Positions 43,523-56,357 of a stretch of DNA of 64,000 nt are shown in pieces. How positions within the stretch are numbered: the stretch's first letter is position 1; the number at the start of each line of letters is the position of its first letter. The notes under the pieces were generated by a model. The model saw nothing but the letters and a program-made list of their open reading frames with translations. It searched no databases and was not told the origin of the DNA. The DNA lies in contig OX597834.1 in the NCBI GenBank assembly GCA_951406725.2, forward strand, positions 19,964,001-20,028,000, given 5' to 3'. The translations under genes were made by a program, and so were the position numbers. This DNA comes from Octopus vulgaris (lineage: Eukaryota).

Positions 43523-43978
43523 ATCATCATCATCATCATCATCATTGTTTAGTGTCCACTTTCCATACTGGCATGGGTTGGACAGTTTGACTGAGGACTG
43601 GTGAGCCACATGGTTGCACCAGGCTCCAATCTGATCTGGCAGAGTTTCTACAGTTGGATGCTGTTCCTAATGCCAACCACTCTGAGAGTGTAGTGGGTGC
43701 TTTTACATTCCACCAGCATGATGGGCCAGTCAGGCAGTTCTGGCAACAGCCTCAATCAAATGGTGTTTTTTACATGCCACCTGCACAGGAGCCAGTCCAG
43801 TAGCACAGGCAATGACCTCGCTCGAATGTTGTCTTTCATATGCCACCGGCAGAGGTGCCAGTAGGGCGACGCTGGTAATGATCACACTCGAATGGTGCTT
43901 TTTATGTGCCACTGGCATGGGAACTAGTCAGTGGCCCTGGCAACGATCATGCTCGGATCATGCTCTTAGCACTCCACT
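43523..43978 (-). mobile_element. Meta-type SINE with internal tandem subrepeats
   Basis: Reverse complement of the 51030 family, plus four related ~65-bp units (tgccacc.gcac...gccagtc...ggcaa). Confidence 0.78.
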
Positions 43979-44586
43979 AGTCAAGTGGTGTAAATTTAAA
44001 TTAATTTATTACCCTGGACGTTTGTAAATGCTTTTTTTTTATTATTATATACACTCACATGATGGGCAAGAAGAGAGAAATTAGTTGGAGTAGTTCCAAC
44101 TTTAGCTGACCAACAACTAACAACCCTTCTCAAAATGTCCATGGGTGTACTATATTTACAACCACTATTTATTAAAAGTTTTATTAAATGGGATACACTG
44201 ATTTGCATAAATGATGCATTTGTGTGAAGTGATTCAATTAAATAAATCACTAATATATTAGCTATGTTTGTTTTCTTTACTGCAATACACCACACAATAA
44301 GCCTATCAATTTCAGCCAAGACTTTGTGCAGTAATTAATAAAAGATAATTAAATATTCTATAGAAATGGTCATTTGTAACTTTTCTGTGTATTGCCTTAA
44401 ATTAAGTTGGATTAATTTATATGTGTAGTGTTCTCTGAACATTATAACATTGATCAGATGTATATGTATATGTGTGCATATGTGTGTGTGCATGTGTATA
44501 CATAAGCGTATATATATAAGTGTATATATATATAAGTGTATATATATATATATATGTGTAACTATATAAGTGTATATATAAAAGTG

Positions 44587-44644
<58 letters not shown>

Positions 44645-45168
44645 ATTCATATTATATACACACACACACTCACAAACATACAAATATATGCCCATGCTCT
44701 TAACCACTACACCATATGCCCGTGGGCAAACAAGATGAGGACAAATATCCATCAAATGTAAATAATGTACATAATTCCACATCTCTTAAATATAGAACTG
44801 AATTATAACCTATTTGAATTTTTTTATAAATGTATATATGTGTGTGTATGTGTATGTGTGTGTGTGTACATCATCATCATTTAATATCCATATTCCATGC
44901 ATGCATGGGTAATTTGGTTGACAGGAGCCAGCCAGGTAGAAAATCTATCCAAGGCTACATTGTCTATTTTGGCAGAGATTTTACACCTGGATGCTCTTCC
45001 TAACACCAACCACACCGTAGAGTGGACCAAGTGCTTTTTGCACGGCACCAGCAAGTTTAGTAGAATGCCCGCAATTTCATTGGAGGTAATAAGTTGATTA
45101 CATCAATGGCAGAGGTTCACTGCTACTTATTTAGTAACCCCCAAAAGAATGAAAGGCAAAGTCAACCT

Positions 45169-45213
<45 letters not shown>

Positions 45214-45536
45214 AAAGTTTATAAACATGCATAAATTCAAATACATATATATTCGGTTGTTAGTTGTCGGAGCACTGCATCCTTCAAGACTTCCATGCTT
45301 CCTGAGATTCGCCAACACTACACCTGATTTTCTTCCCTCCATACACACACAAGCATGTTCACTTTCCAGACATTTCTACATTACTGCATGTACTTTATAT
45401 GCACTTTCTGACAAGTTGTGGTGCACCTGAGCACTGTATACAATAATTTCATTATTATTATTATATATATATATGTGTGTACCATTGGCAATTTTTTTCC
45501 TCTGTCTTCCCTTCTCTGGATCTTTCCTTCTCCTAT

Positions 45537-45571
45537 GTTTCCGACAAAGAGCTCCGCTCGAAACGTTAAAC
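45537..45571 (+). ncRNA. Degenerate minimal hammerhead-like fold in a short (TA)n-flanked element (~45478-45670)
   Basis: GUUU-CCGACAA-A-GAGC(ucc)GCUC-GAAA-CG-UU-AAAC. Stems I and II and the palindromic AACGUU are intact; the core deviates at positions 4 and 8. Confidence 0.5.
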
Positions 45572-45787
45572 CCTCCTTCTTTCCTTCTTTCCTGAGCGTC
45601 CAATAATACTATATTTGTTCCACGTCCTCGCGTTGTTGTGTTTTTTTGTGCTTTCTTGTTTGGATTAACTTTATATATATATATATATATTTATAAAATA
45701 TTATTAGAGACAAAACCACTATTTTGCAAAACAAACAAGGAAAGACTTAATCAATACATAAAATTTTAATAAATAGTCAAAAAACCG

Positions 45788-45830
45788 CCACTACAATTGT
45801 TTCTTGTCTTGATCGACAATCTTCAGGTGG
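45788..45830 (-). ncRNA. Mirror copy of the same minimal hammerhead ribozyme
   Basis: Exact reverse complement of 45877-45919, in the left arm of the palindrome. Confidence 0.72.
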
Positions 45831-45876
45831 ACTTCCAATAAGTCAGTTTCAAATTTGAAACTGACTTATTGGAAGT

Positions 45877-45919
45877 CCACCTGAAGATTGTCGATCAAGA
45901 CAAGAAACAATTGTAGTGG
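45877..45919 (+). ncRNA. Minimal type I hammerhead ribozyme (Penelope-like-element type), canonical core
   Basis: CCAC-CUGAAGA-UUGUC(gaucaa)GACAA-GAAA-CAAUUG-UA-GUGG. Stem I is CCAC/GUGG, the core is CUGANGA and GAAA, stem II has 5 bp, stem III is the self-complementary ACAAUUGU, and the cleavage triplet is GUA at 45913-45915. Confidence 0.8.
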
Positions 45920-46856
45920 CGGTTTTTTGACTATTTATTAAAATTTTATGTATTGATTAAGTCTTTCCTTGTTTGTTTTGCAAAATAGTGGTTTTGTCTC
46001 TAATAATATTTTATAATATTTTACTATAAAATTGGATTTAATCCTAAATCTGATTTTTTCCCTGTAAATTTGGATTTATTTCCTAATATTTATTATATAT
46101 ATATTTATATATATATATATATGATGGGCTTCTTTCAATTTCCGCCTACCAAATCCACTCACAAGGCTTTGGTCGGCCTGTGGCTATAATAGAAGACACT
46201 TGCCATGCTTACTAATCATGTGTTTAGTAAGCAAGCCACTTACCACACCACCACTCCTGCACCTACGAAGATACAATATTCAGAAGTACATTCTGAGAAG
46301 ATGTTTAGATATACAACAAATAACCGTAAAAAAGACAATTTTTCCCTTTTTTCCTGTTTTCAATGGCACTTTTTTCCTTTCTTTCCTTTCATTCTATTTT
46401 CCTTTCCTTCGAGACTTTTTCAAGTAAACGACAGGATAAAGAGCATCATTTAGTTAGTTCGTTCTTATATCTTTGCTTTTTAATTCTTGGGGATATTTGT
46501 TATTGCTGTTGTTGCCGTTGCTGTCGCTCGTGGTATTACTGTATTTGTTGTTGTTGTAGTTGTTGTTGATGAAATTCATCTTGAGAAATTAGGGGAAGAT
46601 TAATCCAAGAATTGACAGCAGAAGTCTTGCTACAAGAAGAAGTTTATCTTTTCGGACTGCAGGATATTACAGATTAAGTTCTGTTCTATACAAACATTTA
46701 AATAATAATAATAAGAAGAAGAAGAAGAAGAAAAAGAAGAAGAAGAAGAAGAAGGAAAATGATGATGACTTTTCTTATTTGCCTCCAGTGCAACGGATGA
46801 TGGAAACAATACAATGAAAGACATAAAATATAAGGATTTAGATCCACGGCAATTTT

Positions 46857-46918
<62 letters not shown>

Positions 46919-46954
46919 AAATGTAGAAAGTACACATGGTATACAACAAAAAAC

Positions 46955-46990
<36 letters not shown>

Positions 46991-47204
46991 CCTTTCTGCT
47001 ATAGGCACAAGGCCTGAATTCTGGGAGGTGGGGGCAAGTCGATTACATCAGCCCCAGTACTCAACTGGTACTTATTTTATTGAGCCCGAAATGATGAACG
47101 GCAAAGTCAACCTTGGCTGAATTTGAACTCAGAGCGTACCGATGGGCGAAATACTGCTAAGCATTCCATCTAGCATGCTAACGATTCTGCCAGCTTTCCA
47201 CCTT
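46991..47204 (-). mobile_element. Nin/Deu-type SINE, full length, in (TAA)n
   Basis: Homology as above. Confidence 0.82.
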
Positions 47205-48153
47205 AATAATAATAATAATAATACAAATAATAATAATTGCAAGAACAGTATAAGTAATAATTACAGCAGATAATGAAAGAACTGGTGGTTGTCATGTGGT
47301 TGTTGTTGCTGTTGCTGCTGGTGGTGATGGTGATGGTGGAATTAAAGGTGGTGGTGGTGCTGCTGCTGGTAGCAGTGGGGGTGGTGGTAGTGGTGGCGCT
47401 GGTGTTGGTGCTGATAGTAACAGCAGTAGCATTGGTGTTGGTGTTAGTGCTGGTACAGTTGGTGGTGTTGGTAGACCTGGTAGTGTTGGTTGTAGTGATT
47501 GTGGTGTTGGTGGTATGGGAAGCAGTGCTTATATCAATAGCAAGGCGACGGTGGTATAAATAAAGTCGATCGTACTTAAACATGGAAAAAGATGAGAGAT
47601 ATACTTAAAGTACCTTCAACGACGTAGTTACGATTTCATTCCTATTTCCTTGACGGTAAACTGGTGAGAACGGTGTTGAAAGCATTAATCTGTTGATAAC
47701 AAATCAATGGAGATGTACTGATAGATTCAGACACGGTTGGTCGTCATCGCATTTATTTGATTTTGTTAGATTTTAATCTTTCCATTTTGCTTGCTGATCC
47801 AGTCAACTGAGTATTAACTACAACTGTCTTCATTTGCATCTCCTTTCACCATCATCCGCTGATATTAATTATGTCTATCAGCATTTCTAAATCCTCGTTG
47901 TTGCTTATTGAAGTGAGCACGGGTACTTGGTTGTGTGGCTGAGATGTTGGCGAAGTTTGCTATGCATTCATGCGGATCGGAGGTTCGATTTGCCCGTACT
48001 TTATGCTGTGGTATGGTTTGGTGTTTAGAGCTAATGTTTCCTACCTTCTTAACCTCGGGTTGGCCAGTTTTGTTTTTGAGTGGAATAAGGTAAATGAAAA
48101 CTGAGCAGAATTCCATCATTTCTATTTATCTATCTATCTCACTATCTATCTCA

Positions 48154-48194
<41 letters not shown>

Positions 48195-48439
48195 CATTTA
48201 TCCATCTATTTATCTATCTATCTATCCATCCATCCATCCATGTATGTATGTATCTATCTATCTATCTATCTATCTATCCATCCATCTCTGTCTGTCTGTC
48301 TCTCTCTTTCTCTCTCTTTCTCTCTCTCCCCCTCTCTCTCTCCCTCTCTCTCTTTCTCTCTCTCTATGTATATGTATATATCAACCTGTGTATCTATCTA
48401 TCTTCCTGTCTATCTACTTACCTATCCATCTATATACAT

Positions 48440-48490
<51 letters not shown>

Positions 48491-48808
48491 TATAGGATAT
48501 GTGGTTATGAAGGTTGAAGGTTGCTTCTTCCTAGCCTTATGGTTTCCTAACCTTATGGCTTCAGTCCCATTGCATGACACCTGGGGCAAATGTATTTTAC
48601 TAATTAGCCTTAAGCTGACAAAGTCCTTGTTAATAGATGAAAACTGAAAGAAGCCCATCGTGTGTATGTTTGTGCCTTCTTAGTGGTAAACAAATGTCAT
48701 TCATTTCTGATATTCAGCAACAACATGTCTGGCCATGGGAAAATAGGGATTGAAATCACTATTGCTAGATCAAATGTGGAGCACCCTAACCACTAAGTCA
48801 ACCATCCT

Positions 48809-48847
<39 letters not shown>

Positions 48848-49019
48848 ATACACATGCATACGTATGTGCATGTGTGTCTATATACATATCAACATACACA
48901 AGCCAACACACAAATCTACACAAATGTAGATCACGGTACACACAGACACCTCCCTTTGTAGTGGTTCTTTGCAAGCACAGGCACATGGAGTAAAAGATGA
49001 CAGCATGCACTTGCATACA

Positions 49020-49053
<34 letters not shown>

Positions 49054-49969
49054 TGCACGTACATGTAGACGTACACTCAAGTGTGTACACGTTTCCGACT
49101 TGTTATCTCTGCTCTGTGTTCCTTCACTGATTTGGCCAATTAAAATTCCTGATAAAAACTGCGTTTCTATGTGACTCGGTTATAAAGTAATTATTGAATG
49201 GACAGAACTTGAGACCTTTGTCCTTCATTAGTAACAAATTTACTTTGTGAAGTGGTTTTTACACATGGTCATAGATACACACATACAAACAGACAGACAG
49301 ACATATATATACATACACACACACATAAATATATCAATGCATATATATATATATATGTCTAGATATCTATGTCTATCAATCTATCTATCGGTGTGTGTGT
49401 GTGTGTGAAACCAACGATAGAGATGGTAAACAGAATGCACGGGAAACTTTATTGCTCACAACAATCGTTTCAACACATCCTGAATGGATCCTGAATGGGG
49501 GAGAAACTATACAACTAGTTGTGGTACAACCCTCAGTGAAGATGCGTCTTGCCAGGTTGCATGTTATGAGCATATATATATATATATGTGTGTGCATGTG
49601 TAATATATATATATATATATATAGATATATAAATTTATAAGTATCATTTATAAGTATAAATTAATAATTTAAAAATTTTTTTAAATTTTAACTTTAAATT
49701 TAAATAATTTAAATTTTGAATTTTATATTTTATATATTTTGTATATTATATTAATTAATTTTATTTCTATGTTTTGATTTATGTTTTTCACTGTTTGATT
49801 TGCCTAATAGTCATTTTATCTCTAATTTAATATATATATATTTATACTGTAAAATTAGATTTAATCTTAAATCTAATTTTTCCCTGTAAGTTTGGATTTA
49901 CTCCCTAATATTATTATTATTATAAATAAATATATATAAATACAGTGTGCATTTAAACACATAAGAGAC

Positions 49970-50285
49970 TGATCAAAGCCTTGTAAGTTTATTTGGTAGA
50001 TAGAAACTGAATGAATCCCAACACATTGTATGAATATGTGTGTGCGAGTATGTGTGTGTATGTGTATGTGTGTGTGTCTGTGTGTTTCTATCTCCTCAAC
50101 AAATAGTGTTGGTGTGTTTTCATTCCTGAAACTTAGCAGTTCAGTAAAAAACACTAATAGAATAAGTACCAGGCTTTAAAAAAACATTAAGAAAAAAAAG
50201 AACTGGGATTGATTCCTTTCACTAAAAGGTCTTCAAGATAGTGCCCCAGTATGGCCGCAGTCTGATGAGGGAAACAAGTAACAGA
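49970..50285 (+). mobile_element. CORE-type SINE, 5'-truncated (further partial copies at ~25170-25330, 32010-32200, 34075-34372, 46125-46262, 48500-48660)
   Basis: Shared segments aaactgaaagaagcc, cttagcagttcagcaaaa and ccagcatggcc. Confidence 0.7.
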
Positions 50286-50631
50286 TAGAAGATGTGTGTG
50301 TGCGTGCATGCATTTGTGTCTCCTTGTTTAGATATGACACAATACACAGACATAAATGAGAATTGCTGTCAGACAGCTGGAATCTCTCTTTCCAATCTTC
50401 TGTGAAAACATGTTCAGCCATGGGGAAATATTATCGTGCTTGAAAATAAGCAAGAGTTTATGGCCAGAAGGACATTGTCCAGCCATGGAAAAGCTGCTTC
50501 AATGCATCCCATCCTAATGCTGCTGACATGGGGGAAAAATGTATTTTCTGTATCAAAAGACACTTGCTCAGAGTGCCACAGAGTGGAACTGAACCCGGAA
50601 CCATGTGATTGGGAAGCAAACTTTGCTATTT

Positions 50632-50706
<75 letters not shown>

Positions 50707-50762
50707 TCCAGAGTGTCGAATATCCAGTAATATCATATAATATATATATATATAATTCAGAG

Positions 50763-50859
50763 AAGAATACAGTGTACGTTCAAACACAAAAGAGATACCC
50801 GAAGAATAGGATAACTGACTCGGGTATCTCTTTTGTGTTTGAACGTACACTGTATTCTT
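50763..50859. repeat. Perfect 40-bp inverted repeat with 17-nt spacer inside a (TA)n-flanked element (~50755-50980)
   Basis: aagaatacagtgtacgttcaaacacaaaagagatacccga (50763-50802) is the exact reverse complement of 50820-50859. Confidence 0.85.
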
Positions 50860-50971
50860 TGCTGAACAATATGTAGTCTAATGACTAATTTTTTCTTTCT
50901 TGCTAGACTACTGGTAACTAAGAATTTTTCGGTGAATATTCTTGCTACCCTAAGATTTTAATTAATGATAA

Positions 50972-51009
<38 letters not shown>

Positions 51010-51029
51010 ACAATTATATATTATATGTG

Positions 51030-51276
51030 GCATGTAAATAACACCATTTGAGCGTGGCTGACACCAGTACCGCCTGACTGGCCCTCGTGCTGGTGACACG
51101 TAAAAGCACCCACTACACTCTCAGAGTGGTTGGCATTAGGAAGGGCATCCAGCTGTAGAAATTCTGCCAGATCAGATTGGAGCCTGGTGCAGCCGTCTGG
51201 TTTGCCAGTCCTCAGTCAAATCGTCCAACCCATGCTAGCATGGAAAGCGGACATTAACCGATGATGATGATGATGA
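51030..51276 (+). mobile_element. SINE with Meta-domain-like segment and RTE-type (GAT)n tail, 3' portion
   Basis: gtggttggcattaggaagggcatccagctgtagaaa...gcatggaaagcggacattaaccgatgatgatg. Further copies lie at ~37697-37822, 42757-42930 (-), 44870-45052 (-) and 57172-57330. Confidence 0.8.
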
Positions 51277-51840
51277 TACACATACATGCATATATATATA
51301 TGTGTGTGTATATATATATATCATTATATTACACACACACGTATATATTATATATATATGTAATATATGATATATGATATATATCTGATGCAATATGATA
51401 TCGGCAATCTATTTGCATGCTTCCATTACATGTCTCATACAACATTAACACTGTCATGTCATGTTTCATTCCTATTCTCCTGTAATATAATTAATCTAAT
51501 TACCAATGATGTTGATGTTGTTGTTGTTATTGCATGTTGTGGAGCCTCAACAGAAGACGAACAGCATACAGTGATCACTGGTATGGAGCAGTGAACTTAG
51601 TCACAAGCACTCCATTGTCTACTGCCACAGACTATCAAAGCTGATAGGCTATCTATGGAAAATATACCATGCGTATATGTGTGTGCATGTGGATGTATAT
51701 ATTATACAAATATATGTATGTGTGCGTCTGTGTGAGTATGTGTGTATATATATGTGTGTGTATAAGTGTCTGTGTGTTACTACAGATCTAGGTGTGTGTG
51801 TGTCTATGTGCATGTGTTTGTGTGTGTATGTGTGTGTACA

Positions 51841-51874
<34 letters not shown>

Positions 51875-52551
51875 AATGCATGTGTATATGTGTGTGCATG
51901 TGGATGTGTGTATTATACACATGTGTGTGTCTGTGTGAGTATGTGTATATATGTGTGTGTGTCTGTGCGAGTATGTGTATACATGTGTGTGTGTATAAAC
52001 ATCTGAGTGTTACTACAGGTGTGTGTGTCTCTCTGTGCATGTGGATGTGTGTATTATACACATACGTGTGTGTGTGTATGTGCGAGTATGTGTATACACG
52101 TGTGTGTGTATAAGCATCTGTGTGTTACTACAGGTCTAGGTATGTGTGTGTATATGTGTGTATATGTATGTGTGTGTACATTTGTGTACATATATAAATG
52201 TATGTTTATATGTATGCATACATATATTTTTATATATATGTCCAAGTGCGGATGTGTGTGTATTTATGTGCATGTATATATGTGAGTGAGTGTGTGTTTA
52301 AATATATATGTGCATGTGTTTGTATGTGTGTATATGTGAGTGTATAGGGACTGCCAGTGTAAAGTTGTGTATATATGCTTGTTTATGTGTATACATGAAA
52401 GTGTGTATAATACACGTAAATACATACGCACACACAAACACATACACACACACACACAGAGCAGTATGTACTGTATGGAAAGAAAGTGAGGAAGACAGCT
52501 TAACAGAAGAATCATAAATATTCTTATTATCATCATCATCACCATCGTCGC

Positions 52552-52596
<45 letters not shown>

Positions 52597-52621
52597 TATC
52601 ATTATTATTATCCTCTTTATT

Positions 52622-52845
52622 GGAGGCAGCAAGCTGGCAAGATTGTTACCATGCCAAATGCTTAGCATCATTTCATCCTGTCTTTACATTCTGAGTTCAA
52701 GTTCTGTTGAGGTCAGCTTTGTTTTCATCCTATCAGATTTGATAAAATAAGAACCAGTAGATCTGTTGGGGGTCAATGTAATCGACTTATCCCTGCCTCC
52801 CCACTCCCCACAATACTGCTGACTTGTGCCAAAAATTTGAAACCA
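52622..52845 (+). mobile_element. Nin/Deu-type SINE, diverged
   Basis: Homology as above. Confidence 0.72.
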
Positions 52846-52881
52846 TCATCATCATCATCATCATCATTATTATTATCATTA

Positions 52882-53046
52882 GGCACAGGAGAAGCTGTGT
52901 GGTAGGTAGCTTGCTTAGCAACCACATGGTTCTGGGTTCAGTCCCACTGCGTGACACCTTGGGCAAGTATCTTCCACTGTAGCCTCGGACCGACCAAAGC
53001 TTTGTGAGTGGATTTGGTAGACAGAAACTGAAAGAAGCTCGCCGTA

Positions 53047-53089
<43 letters not shown>

Positions 53090-53300
53090 GTGTGTGTGTC
53101 TGTGTTTGTCCCCCCACCATCACTTGACAACCAATGCTGGTGTGTTTACGTCCCTGTAACTTAGCGGTTCAGCAAAAGAAGACCAATAGAATAAGTACTA
53201 GGCTTACAAAGAATAAGTCCTGGGGTTTATTTGTTTGACTAAAGGCAGTGCTCCAGCATGGCCGCAGTCAAACGACTGAAACAAATAAACAAATAAAAGA
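52882..53300 (+). mobile_element. Full-length tRNA-derived SINE with CORE-like domain and internal (TG)n
   Basis: A/B-box head (gctgtgtggtag...ggttcagtccc), accttgggcaagt CORE-like segment, internal microsatellite and 3' end gcatggccgcagtcaaacgactgaaacaa. Many copies occur in the window. Confidence 0.88.
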
Positions 53301-53517
53301 AATCATTTAGCATTGTTTTACTACTCAGAGCTCTTGGTCTTACTTACTCTGGTTGATTCTGCGAGAATGGACAGCAACCTGTTGTCAGAGGTCTCACAGG
53401 GTCTCTTTCTGCAAATTATCAGCTTTGCTACTTGAATATTAACTTATTGTGGAAGACACTCAACACCCAAACTCCAATCTTGAAATCCCATTATTATTAT
53501 TATTATTATCATCATCA

Positions 53518-53554
<37 letters not shown>

Positions 53555-54087
53555 CATCATTGTTATTATTATCGACACATCTGTTTGAATGGCAGAATGC
53601 CCAGAGTCATCATATAACCGTAGCAGAACATCAAAGTCAGAATGAAGAGCCAGTGTCAATAATAGAGAGAGAGTGAGAGAGAGAGAGAGAGAGAGAGCCA
53701 ACAGCAGAGTGATGTCAGCGCTATTGGAGGGAAAGGATGTCACAGTGGAATAATACTGATGGAGACGACAAGATAGTGGGAAATATATATACATGTGTAT
53801 GTGTGTGTGTGTGTCTCACTGTATATAAATATAAACACACACACACATATATAGAGTAGATGAAACCATAGCAACTGAAGAAGGGGTTTTTTCTTTGTGT
53901 TAATTGTCCTGTACTCTATTTTTTTGTTGTTTAAAAAAATGTCCAGTTCCTTGGGTTTGTGTCTATGTTTTCGTTTCTCATTGTGTTCGACGTCTTTTTG
54001 GTGTCCTGTACTCATATATGTGTGTATATGTACATGTAGAGGTAGGTACGTACATATATGTTTATATACATGCATATGTTTTATTTA

Positions 54088-54134
<47 letters not shown>

Positions 54135-54365
54135 CATAGAAAGCAGTAGACCCTAAACAACGACAATGATGATATATAAATATACATATATATATATGTA
54201 TGTATGTATGTGTGTGTATATATATATGTGCATGTGTGTGTGTGTGTATGACATGTTATGGCCTGTCAGTTTTGGATGTAATGCATGAATAATACACTTA
54301 CTATGGAAATGCATGTAGAAATATCAATATTATCCGTTCATTTCATGTTGTGTATGTTTGCAAGT

Positions 54366-54397
<32 letters not shown>

Positions 54398-54484
54398 GCA
54401 TATACATATACATATATTTAGATAGATATATCTATAGAGCGAGTGAGAGAGTGTGACAGAGAGACAAATAGATTGGTAGAGAAA

Positions 54485-54493
54485 TATATAGAT

Positions 54494-54524
<31 letters not shown>

Positions 54525-54569
54525 AAGATAGATAGATAGATAGACAGATAGATAGATAGATAGATAGAT

Positions 54570-54625
<56 letters not shown>

Positions 54626-54660
54626 TGATAGAAAGATAGATAGATAGATAGATTGATAGG

Positions 54661-54729
<69 letters not shown>

Positions 54730-54774
54730 TGATAGATTGGTAGAAAGATAGATTGATAGATAGATAGATAGATA
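54485..54774. repeat. Long (GATA)n array
   Basis: Tetranucleotide repeat with few interruptions. Confidence 0.95.
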
Positions 54775-55301
54775 ATGTGATGAAACAGTTTGGTGACAAA
54801 GTGTCAAGTGATCAAATTGGAAGGAATATGCAGAAGAGAAAGACCAAGATAGACATAGCAAGAAATGATAGTGAAAGCTGATCTCTAGTGGCTGGACTTC
54901 ATGAGAGGTGATGACAATAGACTGTAACAAGTGGCAAAACTCAGTGATGAGGAAGACATAAGCTGACCCATCTTATACAAAGATGATGATAATGATGATG
55001 AGGATGATGGCGACGATGATAGCAATTATAATGTCAAAGATGAAAATGATTAAGATGATTAAGATGATGATGGTAGCTCAAGCAAGTATCTTCTATCATA
55101 ACCTAGGATGACTATTGTCTTGTGAATAAGTTTGATAGATGGAAACTGTGTGGAAGCCTGCCATATATATATATGTTTCTGTTGTGTGTGTATGTATGTT
55201 TGTATACAAATAGTTTATAGGATGGGCTTCTACATGGATTCTGTCAATTCTAAAACCAAATTTCACTTACAAGGTTTTGGTTGGTCTACAATTATTATTC
55301 G

Positions 55302-55332
<31 letters not shown>

Positions 55333-56357
55333 TTACTTGACCCCATTATTAGGCTACTGCCAGGCTGGGGTTCCACCTAGAAATTGGCCCCAGTACTCAT
55401 TTTTAAAAATTTAGTCCATATTCTTTCCCCCTTTTTTTTCCAATCTGCTAAGTTACAGAGACTGCCGACAGCAGTTGACAAGTAGTAGAAGAGGGAGAAA
55501 TACTAACACAAAGACATACACACATATACATACGTGTATATGAGAGGCTTCCACACAGTTTCCATTTACTAAATTCAACCACATTGGTCACCTAGGGCTT
55601 TAGTTGAAAGTACTTGTTGAAGATGTAGTAAATTGGGTTGGAACCCAAACAAAAGAATTGTCAAGTAAACTTCTAAAAACCATAACCATGCCTGAAGACA
55701 CTAAACCCAGGGAGCAACAAACTGGAACTGAACTCAGACCACTTAGTTGTAAAGTAAACAACTTAACCCCTTACAGTCGCATTTGTGCCATAGTGTCGTA
55801 ATATATTTCTGGGTGATAGACAAGACATTGTTTTGTGGATTGTTTTTGGTGCCACTGAAATAAACAATGAAAAGAACAAATATTTGTTTCCATGCACTGT
55901 GAGTAACAGACTTTTTATCAAAACATTTATCGATTTACCTCTGGAAAAAAAAAGGGGAAAAAAAAAACATTCTAGAATCAATTCCAACAACAAAGAAAAG
56001 TAAACAAAAAAAAAACTGAAGTATTTTTGTGATTTTATTTATTCTTTTATTTATTTGCATTTGATATCATCAATTATACATTGTGTAATTTGATTCTGTC
56101 GCTTGTCATCATAATTCACATGATGGTTCGGTCAGAAAAACACAAATCACTGAGCGATCTATGACCAAATTATGAACTAATAAAAAGCCACAAAGACAGA
56201 ATCGGTGAACTGTGACCAAAACAGCTATAATTAAATGGTTGGTTGAAAATACTGTCTGGCCAATGCATGTTTGTCTACAGAACTGTTTGTACTGTCCAAG
56301 CTGGTATAATAGCTTAGGGTCTGGGATGATGAAGATGAGGTGAAAAATCTTATATAT

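Larger units (their letters stand above)
45691..46095 (+). mobile_element. Penelope-like element remnant in inverted arrangement; perfect 326-bp palindrome plus unique 3' tail
   Basis: 45691-45853 is the exact reverse complement of 45854-46016 (centre ttcaaa|tttgaa, no spacer). Each arm carries a hammerhead, and the element is flanked by (TA)n. A decayed copy of the tail lies at about 49790-49915. Confidence 0.65.

Noticed and set aside
47273-47563. Gly-rich and Val-rich ORFs
   Set aside because: Degenerate (GGT/GTT)n trinucleotide tract, open in several frames, with no splice support.
47915-48000. tRNA-like sequence (also SINE heads at 39314-39385 and 56695-56755)
   Set aside because: A/B-box remnants without a cloverleaf; these are SINE heads, not functional tRNA genes.
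53860-53895. CTGAAGA/CTGATGA boxes here and at ~22981, ~43090 (-) and ~42470 (-)
   Set aside because: No downstream stem II plus GAAA in the correct geometry, so they are not called as hammerheads.
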